Of a DNA stretch of 64,000 bases, positions 50,909 to 60,895 are shown piece by piece; the first letter of the stretch is position 1, and each line of letters opens with the position of its first letter. Below the pieces are notes generated by a model. That model worked only from the letters and a program-made list of their open reading frames with translations, did no database searches and was not told the DNA's origin. The translations under genes and the position numbers were made by a program. The DNA comes from an uncultured Acidobacteriota bacterium. GTDB lineage: Bacteria; Acidobacteriota; UBA6911. Location: assembly GCA_963809485.1 (NCBI GenBank), contig CAWEJX010000005.1, forward strand, positions 1 through 64,000, written 5' to 3'.

Positions 50909-51466
50909 ATGATCCGACAGACGATTGATTTCACCAGGAAGGGAATGGAAAAATGCGTGGAGGATATGGGGCAAAACCTGGCTACGATCCGGACAGGGCG
51001 CGCCTCTGTCAGTATCCTCGATCACATCCAGGCCAACTATTACGGCACCCCCACCCCTCTGAACCAGATGGCATCCCTCTCGACGCCGGACCCGACCCTG
51101 ATCGTCATCCAGCCGTGGGATCCCTCGACCATTGCGGCCATCGAGAAGGCCATCCTGGTATCCGATCTGGGTTTGACTCCCACGAACGACGGAAAGGTCA
51201 TCCGGCTGCCCATCCCTCCGCTCACCCAGGAGAGGCGCAAGCAGCTGGCCAAATCGGTCGCGCACATCGGCGAGCAGCACAAGGTTGCAGTGCGCCAGGT
51301 CCGCCACGACGCGAACGATCAGCTCAAAACCTACCTCAAGGACAAGAAGATCTCCGAGGACGAAGAGAAGGATGCCCTGAAAAAAGTCCAGGACATGACC
51401 AACACCTATATCGGGAAAATTGAAGAGCTTCAGAAAAAAAAGGAATCCGAAATTCTCGAGATCTGA
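50909..51466 (+). CDS. frr: ribosome recycling factor
   Basis: IRTGRA, YYGTPTPLNQMA, IQPWD, PPLTQERRK. Confidence 0.96.
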   Translation: MIRQTIDFTRKGMEKCVEDMGQNLATIRTGRASVSILDHIQANYYGTPTPLNQMASLSTPDPTLIVIQPWDPSTIAAIEKAILVSDLGLTPTNDGKVIRLPIPPLTQERRKQLAKSVAHIGEQHKVAVRQVRHDANDQLKTYLKDKKISEDEEKDALKKVQDMTNTYIGKIEELQKKKESEILEI

Positions 51467-51629
51467 TCTTCTGCAGGCCGTCATTACAATGGTTGCAGGC
51501 CTCGAATCTCGGGTCGCAGGTCAAAAGCCCGGGATTTTCAGCCTGCAGCCTGAGACCTGAAACCTCCAGCAGCATCTGAATAGTTTTGACCGCCGGCCAT
51601 GTTTTGCCGATAAGCTGCCAAAGGTTCGT

Positions 51630-52274
51630 ATGATTGATTGGCTCAAAGACGCATTCCACCTGATCTCCGATGTGCAGGGCTTAATCCAATGGGGCGGGAT
51701 GTTCCTTGTCTGCTCCATCATTTTTGTCGAGACCGGGCTTTTTTTCGGATTCTTTCTCCCGGGGGATTCGCTGCTGGTCACCGCCGGCATATTCTGCGCC
51801 GCAGGCCATCTCCCTCTGGGCTGGCTGCTGTTCCTTGTGCCCCTGTGCGCATTCACGGGCGATCAATTGGGCTACTGGATAGGGCGACGGGCGGGACAGG
51901 CTCTCTATAATAAGGAAGACTCTTTTCTTTTCAAGAAGCGGCACCTGGAAAGAGCCCGCGATTTCTATAACAAATACGGCGGGAAAACGCTGATTCTGGC
52001 GCGTTTCGTCCCGATCGTTCGAACCTTCGTCCAGCCGGTGGCCGGCGCCGCCGGAATGAAATACCGCCGCTACGTCGGTTTCAGCATCCTGGGCGCATTC
52101 CTGTGGGTCTGGAGCATGGTGCTGCTCGGGTATTTCCTGGGTACGTCGGTCCCGAATGTCGACCAGAACATTCATATCGTCGTGGCGATAGTGGTTTTTG
52201 TGTCCCTATTGCCGGCTGTGTTTGAAGCCATACGGCAGAAGAGTCAGGCACCTCCGGCAAAGCCCGAAGCTTGA
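51630..52274 (+). CDS. dedA: DedA family membrane protein
   Basis: IIFVETGL, FLPGDSLL, GDQLGYWIG, LARFVPIVRTF. Confidence 0.92.
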   Translation: MIDWLKDAFHLISDVQGLIQWGGMFLVCSIIFVETGLFFGFFLPGDSLLVTAGIFCAAGHLPLGWLLFLVPLCAFTGDQLGYWIGRRAGQALYNKEDSFLFKKRHLERARDFYNKYGGKTLILARFVPIVRTFVQPVAGAAGMKYRRYVGFSILGAFLWVWSMVLLGYFLGTSVPNVDQNIHIVVAIVVFVSLLPAVFEAIRQKSQAPPAKPEA

Positions 52275-52437
52275 AAGATTGGAACCGCTCAATGCGGTTG
52301 GAGGAGTTACGCTGGTCTTGAACGCCGACCCTCGCCGAACAAATCGGCGTTTGTCAGCGCTTTTGCCAGCGTATCTCAGCGCCTCAAAATACGGAGCCGT
52401 CAAACTCCATGAGTCCTCGGCAGAGCCGGGGGTTTAC
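52242..52437 (-). mobile_element. IS200-like-ended element, copy 3 (short 196-bp form lacking the nested core)
   Basis: Reverse-orientation copy with both ends present. The internal nested IRs are absent and the junction reads GTCGGCG|TTCAAGACC. Confidence 0.78.
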
Positions 52438-52565
52438 CCATAGAATCAAAAGCCCGCGGAAAGCGCTCCCGCCCGATCCGAAAAATCCATGCCTTTGATT
52501 GCCGCCGGGCTTGTAAGGCGGGCCATCTTCGAGTAACATGACGCATTTCCAACGGGGTTACGGGT

Positions 52566-53132
52566 ATGATGATTGCCGCTACACAGATAAAGCGGGGTAT
52601 GACCATTAAGCTCAACGGGGAACTGTACCGGGTCTTCTCGTTTCAACACATCACGCCGGGGAACTGGCGGGGCATGGTTCAGACCAAGCTGAAATCCATT
52701 AAATCAGGTTCCATCATCGAGCACCGGTTCCGCTCCGAAGACCGGGTCGAACAGGCTTACCTGGAAACCCTGGAAATGGAGTACCTGTATGCCGACGGCA
52801 GCGATTACCACTTCATGAACACTGAAACCTTCGAGCAGACTCACCTGTCGGCCGAAACGCTCGAAGATGCCATCCCCTTCATGACTCCGAATATCAAACT
52901 GCAGATCGAGTTCTACGAGGGAAGGGCGATCGGGGTGGAGATGCCCGCGTCCGTGGAACTGAAAGTGGTCTCGACCGAGCCTGCGCTGCGCGGCGCCACG
53001 GTGAGCAACGTGAACAAACCCGCGACGCTCGAAACCGGTCTCGTCATCCAGGTCCCGCCCTTCATCAACGAAGGCGAACTCATCCGCGTGGATACCAGCG
53101 AAGGTAAGTACCTCGAGCGCGTAAAGAACTAA
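52566..53132 (+). CDS. efp: elongation factor P (PGNWRG loop)
   Basis: HITPGNWRGMVQTKL, FMNTETFEQ, KPATLETGLVIQVPPFINEGE, YLER. Confidence 0.95.
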   Translation: MMIAATQIKRGMTIKLNGELYRVFSFQHITPGNWRGMVQTKLKSIKSGSIIEHRFRSEDRVEQAYLETLEMEYLYADGSDYHFMNTETFEQTHLSAETLEDAIPFMTPNIKLQIEFYEGRAIGVEMPASVELKVVSTEPALRGATVSNVNKPATLETGLVIQVPPFINEGELIRVDTSEGKYLERVKN

Positions 53133-53289
53133 CGTGGAACGTTGAACGTTGGAACGTTCAAACGTTCAAACGTTTCCACCTTCTCCTCTCTCATCAAAAA
53201 AGTTCATCACTCGGTTATTGCTTTCATGGTCGGTGTCTGGTAATTTTTTCGGCTTGGCATTCGGCATAACCATGAGGTGATCTGAACCG

Positions 53290-55206
53290 ATGAAAGAATT
53301 AACTCAGAGCCTCCGCCTGTCTCCGAGTGAAATCCCCAACCGCATTTATGGAGTGGACAACTGGAGCGGAGGATATTTCGGAGTCAGCGAGCAGGGCTGC
53401 CTTACCGTCCACCCCACTCGAAATCCGCTCATGGGCGTCGAACTCACCTCCCTGATCCAGACGCTTCTCCAGCGCAAAGTCACGCCGCCTTTCCTGCTGC
53501 GCTTCCCCCAGATCCTGGACACGCAAATCAAGGAACTGCACGAGGCTTTCCGCAACTCCATCGCGGAATACAACTACGGGGCGCGTCACCGGGGCGTCTT
53601 TCCCATGAAGGTGAACCAGAAGAAGAGCGTGGTGGAACGCCTGATGGCCGCCGGACACCGCTATGAATACGGGCTCGAGGTCGGCACCAAGGCGGAACTG
53701 GCCGCCGCGATCACTCTCCCGATCCATCCCAACGCGCTGCTGATCTGCAACGGCGTCAAGGACCGCCGCTATCTGGAATGGGCGATGCTGTCGGCGAAGA
53801 TCGGGAAAAACCCGGTCGTGGTCATTGAGGAAGTCGGCGACCTGAAGAAGGTCGAAGAAGTCGCCCACGCGCTCGGGCTGCGCCCCAACCTGGGGATACG
53901 CGTCCGGGTGTTTTCCCGCGGCGCCGGGAAATGGGAGGAGTCCGGAGGAGAAACCTCGAAGTTCGGCATCAACACCATTCAGCTGCTCGATTGCCTGCGC
54001 ATGGCTTCCGATCATGAGATGGCGCGCCAGATCAAGATGCTGCACTTCCATATCGGTTCCCAGATCACCGACATACGCAGGATCAAGAACGCGATCAAGG
54101 AAGCCGCCCGCGTCTATGCCAAAGTGCATAAAATGGGCTTCCCGATCGAATACCTCAATGTCGGCGGGGGACTCGGCGTCGATTACGACGGCAGCCGCAC
54201 CGCTTCGGATTGCAGCGTCAACTACACCATGCAGGAGTTTGCCAACGACATCGTTTATACCATCAACGAAATCTGCCAGTCCGAAAACGTCCCTCCGCCC
54301 ACCATCGTGACGGAGAGCGGCCGCGCCGTCGCCGCCCATCACGCGCTGTTTCTCATGAACGTGATCCGGACCCTGAATCCCGGCCTGGGCGGATCCGAAA
54401 TCGACCCGTCCAAGGTCGACTCCGAGGTGGTCCGGGAAATGATGGACCTGTACAAGGACATCCATCCCAAAAATTTCCGCGAGTACTACCACGATGCCCT
54501 GCAGCACCGCGAGGAGCTTCAGTCGCTTTTCAACCTGGGGTACCTGAACCTGCAGAACCGCGCCCAGGGGGAATGGCTTTTCTGGGAAATTTGCCGCAAG
54601 GCGATCAAATTCTCCCGGTCCATGAAAGAGCGCCCGGAGGAATTCATCGACCTGGAAAATATCCTGGCCAGCAAATACCTCTGCAACTTTTCGGTTTTCC
54701 AGTCGACCCCGGACAGCTGGGCGCTGGACCAGCTCTTTCCCATCATACCCATCAACCGACTGACGGAAGAGCCGACCGAGCGAGCCACGCTCTGCGACAT
54801 CACCTGCGATTCCGACGGCCAGATCGACAAATTCGTCGACCTGCGCGACGTCAAACAGGCCCTGGAGCTACACGGCGTGAACTCGGAGCCCTATTACCTG
54901 GCCATCTTCCTGATCGGCGCCTACCAGGAATCCCTGGGGATGAACCACAACCTGCTGGGTTCCGTCAATGAGGCCCATTTTCTGATTGACGATGCCGGCC
55001 GCCCGCACATCGACAAGGTGATCCGCGGGGAATCCCTGGGACAGGTCCTGGCAAGCGCCGGCTACAATGCCCAGGAACTCATGGAAAACTTTAAGGGATT
55101 GCTGCAAAGTGCGAATGCACAAGAGAAAATCGCCAGTGCAGAACAGGAAAGCCTCAGCGATTCATTCCAGTCCACGCTCGACAGCTACACTTATCTTGAA
55201 GATTAA
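53290..55206 (+). CDS. speA: biosynthetic arginine decarboxylase
   Basis: LLRFPQIL, FPMKVNQ (PLP Lys), HFHIGSQI, GGGLGVDYDG, ESGRA, CNFSVFQS, DITCDSDG. Confidence 0.95.
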   Translation: MKELTQSLRLSPSEIPNRIYGVDNWSGGYFGVSEQGCLTVHPTRNPLMGVELTSLIQTLLQRKVTPPFLLRFPQILDTQIKELHEAFRNSIAEYNYGARHRGVFPMKVNQKKSVVERLMAAGHRYEYGLEVGTKAELAAAITLPIHPNALLICNGVKDRRYLEWAMLSAKIGKNPVVVIEEVGDLKKVEEVAHALGLRPNLGIRVRVFSRGAGKWEESGGETSKFGINTIQLLDCLRMASDHEMARQIKMLHFHIGSQITDIRRIKNAIKEAARVYAKVHKMGFPIEYLNVGGGLGVDYDGSRTASDCSVNYTMQEFANDIVYTINEICQSENVPPPTIVTESGRAVAAHHALFLMNVIRTLNPGLGGSEIDPSKVDSEVVREMMDLYKDIHPKNFREYYHDALQHREELQSLFNLGYLNLQNRAQGEWLFWEICRKAIKFSRSMKERPEEFIDLENILASKYLCNFSVFQSTPDSWALDQLFPIIPINRLTEEPTERATLCDITCDSDGQIDKFVDLRDVKQALELHGVNSEPYYLAIFLIGAYQESLGMNHNLLGSVNEAHFLIDDAGRPHIDKVIRGESLGQVLASAGYNAQELMENFKGLLQSANAQEKIASAEQESLSDSFQSTLDSYTYLED

Positions 55207-55256
55207 ACGTTGGAGCGTTTGCACGTTGCACGTGACATCCTTCTTTAATTCCATTG

Positions 55257-55648
55257 GTACACACCAGGCTCTGCCGGGCGACTCATGGAGTTTGACAGCT
55301 CCGTGTTTTGAAACGCTGAGATACGCTGACAAAAGCGCCGACAAACGCCGATTTGTTCGGCGAAGGTCGGCGAGCAAAAGCCGATGAGGCGCTTCCGATA
55401 GAGTTTTCTGCGGCGGCACTGTGGCAAGCGCCGTGCGACAAGGAGATGGAGGGTCTTAGAAAGCGGGCGTTTGCCACAGTGCCGCCGCAGAAAACTGTCC
55501 AGCGCGGAGCGCTGGCCCTTGCGGGGATCGGAAGCGCCTCATCGGCTTTTGCCCGCGTAAGTCAGCGTTCAAGACCGGCGGAACTCATCCAACCGCTTTG
55601 AGCGGTCCAAATTTTTCAAGCCTCCAGCTTCGCCGGAGGTGCCTGACT
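55257..55648 (+). mobile_element. IS200-like-ended non-coding element, copy 4
   Basis: Colinear with copy 1. Lies between convergent speA and argH. Confidence 0.8.
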
Positions 55649-55668
55649 AATGCTCCACTTTCCACGCT

Positions 55669-57054
55669 TCAGCTATGTATGCGTTTGCGGAACGACCGGA
55701 GCGACCGGCGGATTGCAGACGGAGCGGTGCCGCCGGGTTCTTTGCGGCGCGACAGGGCTTTCTCGAGTTTCAGCCATTCGAAAAGATCGCCTTCGAATAG
55801 CGGGGAGAAGCTCTGGTATTCCCGGAGCGGCAGTTGCTCCAGGGCGGTTTCCAGTTCGGAAGCCCTCATCACGACTTTTCCAACCAGCCGGTGCGCTTCG
55901 CGGAATGGCATTTTCCGGGAGACCAGGTAATCGGCCAAATCGGTCGCGTTCAAATAGCCCCGCAAGGCTGCTTCCTGCATACGTTCCGGCGCAATGCGCA
56001 TCTTTTCAAGGACTCGCCCGATCATCTGCAGGCAATTCTCGACCGTGACGACGGTGTCGAAGAGGCCTTCCTTGTCCTCCTGGAGATCTTTGTTATAGGT
56101 CATCGGCAGGCCTTTCAGCACGGTCAGGAGGGAAAGCAGATGTCCGAAAACCCTGCCGGCCTTACCGCGCACCAGTTCGAGCGCATCCGGATTCTTCTTT
56201 TGCGGCATAAGGCTGCTGCCGGATGAGACGCTGTCGTCCATCTGCACGAAGCCGAACTCGGCGGAACTGTACAGGACCAGGTCCTCGGACAGGCGGCTGA
56301 GGTGCATGAGAAGGGTGCTGGCGAAAAAAAGAAAATCGAGGACAAAATCGCGGTCGGCGACCGCGTCCATGCTGTTGGGGGCAGCGGAGGAAAAACCGAG
56401 GTCGCGGGCAAGCGCGATGCGGTCCACGGCGTACACCGTGCCGGACAGCGCTCCGGCTCCCAGCGGGCAGACGTCGATTCGTTCGAGAGCTTCCCTCAGC
56501 CTTACGCGGTCGCGCATCAGCATCTCCCCGAAAGCGAGGAGGTAGTGGGAGAAATAGACCGGCTGCGCGCGCTGCAGATGCGTGTATCCGGGCAGGATCA
56601 CGGAAAAATATTTTTCTGCGAGATTCGCCAGCGTCTCCAGCAGGCCGCGGATCAGGGTGTCAATTCCAATTTCCTTTTGTTTGAGGTAAAGGCGCAGGTC
56701 GGCGGCCACCTGATCGTTGCGGCTCCGGCCGGTATGGAGTTTCCGGGCGAGGACGCCGGTTTTTTGCGCCAGAGCCTCTTCCACGTATGTGTGGACGTCC
56801 TCCGCCTGGCTGCGGCCGATCATGTCCGGGTCGCGGCGGTTCTGCTCGAGCAGGAGGCGCAGCCCTTTTTCCACGCTCATCCTTTCCCTGCGCGTGAACA
56901 CGCCCGCGCGTTCCAGCGCCCGCGCGTAGGCAAGGCTTCCCTCGATGTCCGCTTCCAGAAGAACGCGGTCGAAGGGCAGGGAATCGTTGAATCTGGCGAA
57001 AAGCGGATCCTCCTCCGAGGCAAAACGTCCTCCCCAAAGCTTTTTCCTGGACAA
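55669..57054 (-). CDS. argH: argininosuccinate lyase
   Basis: KLWGGRF, LHTGRSRNDQV, PGYTHLQRAQP, SGSSLMPQKKNPD, YNKDLQEDKE. TTG start after RBS AGGAGG. Confidence 0.96.
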   Translation of the reverse strand: MSRKKLWGGRFASEEDPLFARFNDSLPFDRVLLEADIEGSLAYARALERAGVFTRRERMSVEKGLRLLLEQNRRDPDMIGRSQAEDVHTYVEEALAQKTGVLARKLHTGRSRNDQVAADLRLYLKQKEIGIDTLIRGLLETLANLAEKYFSVILPGYTHLQRAQPVYFSHYLLAFGEMLMRDRVRLREALERIDVCPLGAGALSGTVYAVDRIALARDLGFSSAAPNSMDAVADRDFVLDFLFFASTLLMHLSRLSEDLVLYSSAEFGFVQMDDSVSSGSSLMPQKKNPDALELVRGKAGRVFGHLLSLLTVLKGLPMTYNKDLQEDKEGLFDTVVTVENCLQMIGRVLEKMRIAPERMQEAALRGYLNATDLADYLVSRKMPFREAHRLVGKVVMRASELETALEQLPLREYQSFSPLFEGDLFEWLKLEKALSRRKEPGGTAPSAIRRSLRSFRKRIHS

Positions 57055-57247
57055 GCTCACCTCCTGTGAAACGACGATTCTTGCAGATTTGTGCAACTCC
57101 GACAATGGTTTTTGATGGTAATGGGCTCGGATCCTGTTTCGCGTGCTGGCCAGATCAATGAGAGAGGAACGTTGAACGTTTGCACGTTGAACGTTTTCAC
57201 GTTCCACCTTCCACGTTCAACGTTCAAACGTTTAACGTGCTAACGCG

Positions 57248-58681
57248 TCAACGTTCTTCGGCTTCGTCTTCGCTTGCGGAATGGGCTTCCATGCCCATGC
57301 GGCGCAGTTTTTCGACGAAGGTCGTGCGCTTGAGGTGAAGGAGCGAGGCTGCCTTCTTTTTATTTCCGCCCGAAATCTGGAGGCTTTGAAGGATCAGCTG
57401 TTTTTCGAGTTGGGAAATCATGGTGTTGAAATGGATGCCGTCGTTAGGAATGTCGAAGCCGTGAAAGGGCGCCGCCTTGTCGGAGGGTCTGGCCACCACG
57501 GGAAAATCCCCGGCATCCAGCACATCCCTTTCCCCGGACAGGGCCACGGCCATTTCGACGGAATTCTCCAGCTGGCGGACGTTTCCCGGCCAGTCGTACA
57601 TCATCAGGTACTTCACGGCGTCGTGAGACACGCGCTTGAGGGGAAGCTTCTGGTCGGTGCAGTATTTGCGCACAAAGTGGCTGACCAGCAGGGGAATGTC
57701 CTCCCGCCTCTGCCTCAGCGGCAGAACCCGTACCGGTATGACGTTCAGGCGGTAATAAAGGTCTTCCCGGAAGGTGCCTTTCTCGACGGCAGCGAGAAGG
57801 TCGCCGTTGGTCGCCGCGATGATGCGGACGTCCACCTTGACGGTGGCGGCGCTGCCGACTCTCTGGAATTCCCGCTCCTGGAGCACGCGCAGCAGCTTCA
57901 CCTGAAGATCCGCCGGCATATTGGACACTTCGTCCAGGAACAACGTTCCGTGGTTGGCCTGCTCAAACCTTCCGATCCTGTGCTGGTGGGCGCTGGTGAA
58001 GGCCCCTTTGACATGGCCGAACAGCTCATCTTCGAGCAGGTTGGACGGGATGGCGCCGCAGTTCACGCATACCAGGGGCTGATCCTTCCGGGGCCCGTTG
58101 TAATGAATGGCCCGCGCTATCAGCTCCTTGCCGGTCCCTGTTTCTCCTTCGATCAGGACGGTGCTGGTCTTCTGGGCCACAACCTCGATCAGGCGGTAGA
58201 TGTTCTGCATCGCCGTGCTGGCGCCCACGATGTTGGAATAATGATATCGGTCGCGCAATTCGTCCCGCAGCATGCGGTTCTCGGATTTGAGGCGGCGCTC
58301 CGCGAGACCCTTTTCCACCCGCATAACCAGTTCGGCGAGCTGGAAAGGTTTGGGGATGTAATCGAAGGCCCCTTTGCGGATGGCCTCGACGGCGGACTGG
58401 ATATTTCCGAACCCCGTCATCACGATGACAACCGTCTCGGGGAAGAGCGATACAGCCTCCTCCAGGATCGCCTCGCCGGTTAATCCTGGCATGCGCAAAT
58501 CGGTGATGATGACGTTGTAGGGGAACTGCCGGAGCATCGCGAGAGCCATTTTCCCATCTGCCGCCTCCTCGACTTCATAGCCCGCGTTTTCGAGAGCCCG
58601 GCGGACCACCTCCCGTATGTAGTCCTCATCATCTACAACAAGGATCTTCATGTCCCTTTTAGGTTCCATTTTTTGGCTCAA
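57248..58681 (-). CDS. sigma-54-dependent response regulator (NtrC/FleR family)
   Basis: Receiver domain (VVDDE, TDLRMPG), GETGTGKE, ELFGHVKGAFTSA, FLDEV, FREDLYYRLNV, WPGNVRQLEN, Fis-type HTH. Start could be 58651. Confidence 0.93.
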   Translation of the reverse strand: MSQKMEPKRDMKILVVDDEDYIREVVRRALENAGYEVEEAADGKMALAMLRQFPYNVIITDLRMPGLTGEAILEEAVSLFPETVVIVMTGFGNIQSAVEAIRKGAFDYIPKPFQLAELVMRVEKGLAERRLKSENRMLRDELRDRYHYSNIVGASTAMQNIYRLIEVVAQKTSTVLIEGETGTGKELIARAIHYNGPRKDQPLVCVNCGAIPSNLLEDELFGHVKGAFTSAHQHRIGRFEQANHGTLFLDEVSNMPADLQVKLLRVLQEREFQRVGSAATVKVDVRIIAATNGDLLAAVEKGTFREDLYYRLNVIPVRVLPLRQRREDIPLLVSHFVRKYCTDQKLPLKRVSHDAVKYLMMYDWPGNVRQLENSVEMAVALSGERDVLDAGDFPVVARPSDKAAPFHGFDIPNDGIHFNTMISQLEKQLILQSLQISGGNKKKAASLLHLKRTTFVEKLRRMGMEAHSASEDEAEER

Positions 58682-58754
58682 AATGTCTGGCGGATTAAAG
58701 GCCGTTAATGATCAGCTATGCAACTGCAAATTCAGGGTTTTTATATATCTCATA

Positions 58755-58824
58755 TTATTCACATTTGTCAATCCCTGTTTGTTGTGGAAAAGCTGTGGAA
58801 AACCTGTCAATAACCGGTGAAAAA
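58755..58824. promoter_or_regulatory. cluster of DnaA-box-like 9-mers
   Basis: TTATTCACA (58755), then opposite-orientation TGTGGAAAA (58783), TGTGGAAAA (58794), TGTCAATAA (58805) and GGTGAAAAA (58816) at an 11-bp period. Confidence 0.55.
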
Positions 58825-59258
58825 GGCCAATTTTACCCAAATATTGTCACCGCCTCTCCGATGGCAAAATCCCCAGCGTCAAAAAACCGATACCGTAAAA
58901 ATAAATAGAATCTAGTGAGGGCGGATCTTTTTTTAACGCTGATGGACGCCGATAGACGCTGACGTACGCTGAAAAATCAGAAAGCAAAGCCGCCCGATTA
59001 AGGCCTCGACAGTCGAAAAGTGTCGGAATTTTGGCGCCCGTGTCAGGAGAACTGTCATAAAAGGGCGCCATCCGGCTTCTGCAAAGCCCTCTGAAGGTCC
59101 GCTGCGCGAACCGGTCTGAATAAAATTTGCCCCGATGCCGGTGGGGCGCCTGCAACGTCAGCGCCCTTTATTTACAGGCTCCCGCGCGTTTTCTGCCGAT
59201 CCGCGGGGGCGGCCAAAACCGGCCTCTTTGCCGTCCGGGACGCCCCAAATGGCCGCAT

Positions 59259-59274
59259 TGGCATACCGATTGCA
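59259..59274 (+). promoter_or_regulatory. sigma-54 (-24/-12) promoter
   Basis: TGGCATACCGATTGCA (GG-N10-GC) upstream of the flhA relic and divergent from a sigma-54 activator gene. Confidence 0.72.
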
Positions 59275-59322
59275 ATTCATGTCTCCGAACACCAACGACA
59301 GGGTGGGGAGATTCTGAAAGCA

Positions 59323-59691
59323 ATGAGAGTTGCAGAAAATTCCGCAGTTTCCAGCAGATTGACAATCTACCGTAGCCTCCACTCGGTTGTCCCCATGGGA
59401 TTGATGGGAATCCTGTTTGTCATGGCGCTGCCCATGCCTGCCATGACAAAGAATCTTCTGATCGGAGCAGTGATCGCGCTTTCCATCCCTGTCGTGCCGG
59501 TGTTCAAGGCTCCTCTGCAACCCTTTCAACTAACAGGATTCCCATCTCTCCTCCTCACAACCGGACATCGGCCGGCAATGAATACCGCAATCCTATCCCC
59601 TATCGTGATGCTTCCCGACCATCAAAACCTATCCCAGGCTGTGCGCGGCCGGTCACTCTGCGCACAAACCTTACAGGAATCCTCTTTATGA
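59323..59691 (+). pseudogene. flhA: degenerate N-terminal relic of flhA
   Basis: VVPMGLMGILFVMALPMP...LLI...I.LS...P.Q...FPSLLLTT..R.AMN.A is colinear with FlhA TM1-3 as recalled. It is only 122 aa and sits in the flhA position before flhG-fliA. Confidence 0.65.
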
Positions 59692-60596
59692 CATCACCAT
59701 ATCATTTGGGCGGCGCCGCGGGCAGTCAGCAGTCGAAAACGCGCAGGACCGGCATCCTGAACGGCGACAAAGTTCTGGCCGGAAATCAGCCGCGCGGCCC
59801 CAGGGTTATCGCCGTGACCAGCGGCAAGGGAGGCGTCGGCAAAACCAATGTGGTTGCGAATCTTTCAGTCAGCCTCGCGGAGCTGGGCAAAAAGGTCGTG
59901 GTCCTGGACGCGGATTTCGGCCTGGCCAACCTCGATGTGCTGCTCGGATTGACTCCCCGCTATCACCTCGGCCATGTGCTTTTCGGCGACAGGAGCCTGG
60001 AGGAAGTCATGCTTCCGGGACCCAAAGGCATACGCATCATTCCGGCGAGTTCCGGGCTTCAGCGCATGTCGGAACTGACCCTGGCTCAGCGCAACCAGCT
60101 CGTGGAAAGCTTCACCAGCCTGGATACGGACACGGACTATTTCATCATCGACACCGCGGCGGGAATTTCGCGCAACGTGATTCACTTCCTGATCGCCGCG
60201 CAGGAAATCATCGTGGTCAGCGCTCCCGAGCCCACAGCCATCGTCGATGCCTATGCCGTCATCAAAATCATTCTCGCGGAAGACCGCAAAAAGCAGATAC
60301 AGGTCCTTATCAATTCGGTGGAGCGCGCCCAGGACGCCCAGGACGTGTTCTGCCAGATAAACTCGGTGGTCCAACGCTTCCTCAACCGGGAAGTCGACTA
60401 CTTCGGGCACATCGAATGGGACCTGCATGTGCCCAAAGCCGTTCGGACCCAGACCGTGGTCACCGAGCGCTATCCGGAGGCGGCGGCAAGCCGCTGTTTC
60501 CGCGATCTGGCGCAGCGCATGGTGCTGCGTGAAACTCCCGAGGGATCTTACGAAAGACTGGTTTGGGAAAAGCTTCTCAACGATTGGATCAACTGA
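59688..60596 (+). CDS. flhG: MinD/ParA-family ATPase FlhG/FleN
   Basis: VTSGKGGVGKT, DADFGLANLDVLLG, IIPASSG, IDTAAGI, PEPTAIVDAYAVIK. Confidence 0.9.
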   Translation: MTSPYHLGGAAGSQQSKTRRTGILNGDKVLAGNQPRGPRVIAVTSGKGGVGKTNVVANLSVSLAELGKKVVVLDADFGLANLDVLLGLTPRYHLGHVLFGDRSLEEVMLPGPKGIRIIPASSGLQRMSELTLAQRNQLVESFTSLDTDTDYFIIDTAAGISRNVIHFLIAAQEIIVVSAPEPTAIVDAYAVIKIILAEDRKKQIQVLINSVERAQDAQDVFCQINSVVQRFLNREVDYFGHIEWDLHVPKAVRTQTVVTERYPEAAASRCFRDLAQRMVLRETPEGSYERLVWEKLLNDWIN

Positions 60597-60895
60597 CACG
60601 ACCGGGAGACCGGAGCGCGATGAAGAACGCCAATGCACGGGAAAAAGCAAAATCCTTCCGATCGGCCGGGGCCGTTCCTCACACGCTCTTCACTTTGAAG
60701 GAAACAGATCCCTTCCCGTCCGGAGAAGGGGATTCCCAGGCATTGCCCGCAACGTTCAGCTTCGGCGCCGGGCAGTGCGAATGTCCACTACTGAAGGCTC
60801 GAATAGCGACCATGGCTCCATCGGACATGGTCCAGCCGATTGAATAGCCTGCAGGGCGGCCTGTCGAGGGCCGGACTGCGCATGAGGAAATAAAA

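Noticed and set aside
51587-51613. Sigma-28 promoter upstream of dedA (GCCGATAA)
   Set aside because: The -10 element matches, but there is no TAAA -35 element at the expected spacing.
60563-60847. ORF between flhG and fliA, and ORFs at 61928-62254
   Set aside because: No recognisable homology or RBS. They may be decayed gene remnants, but I cannot support a call.
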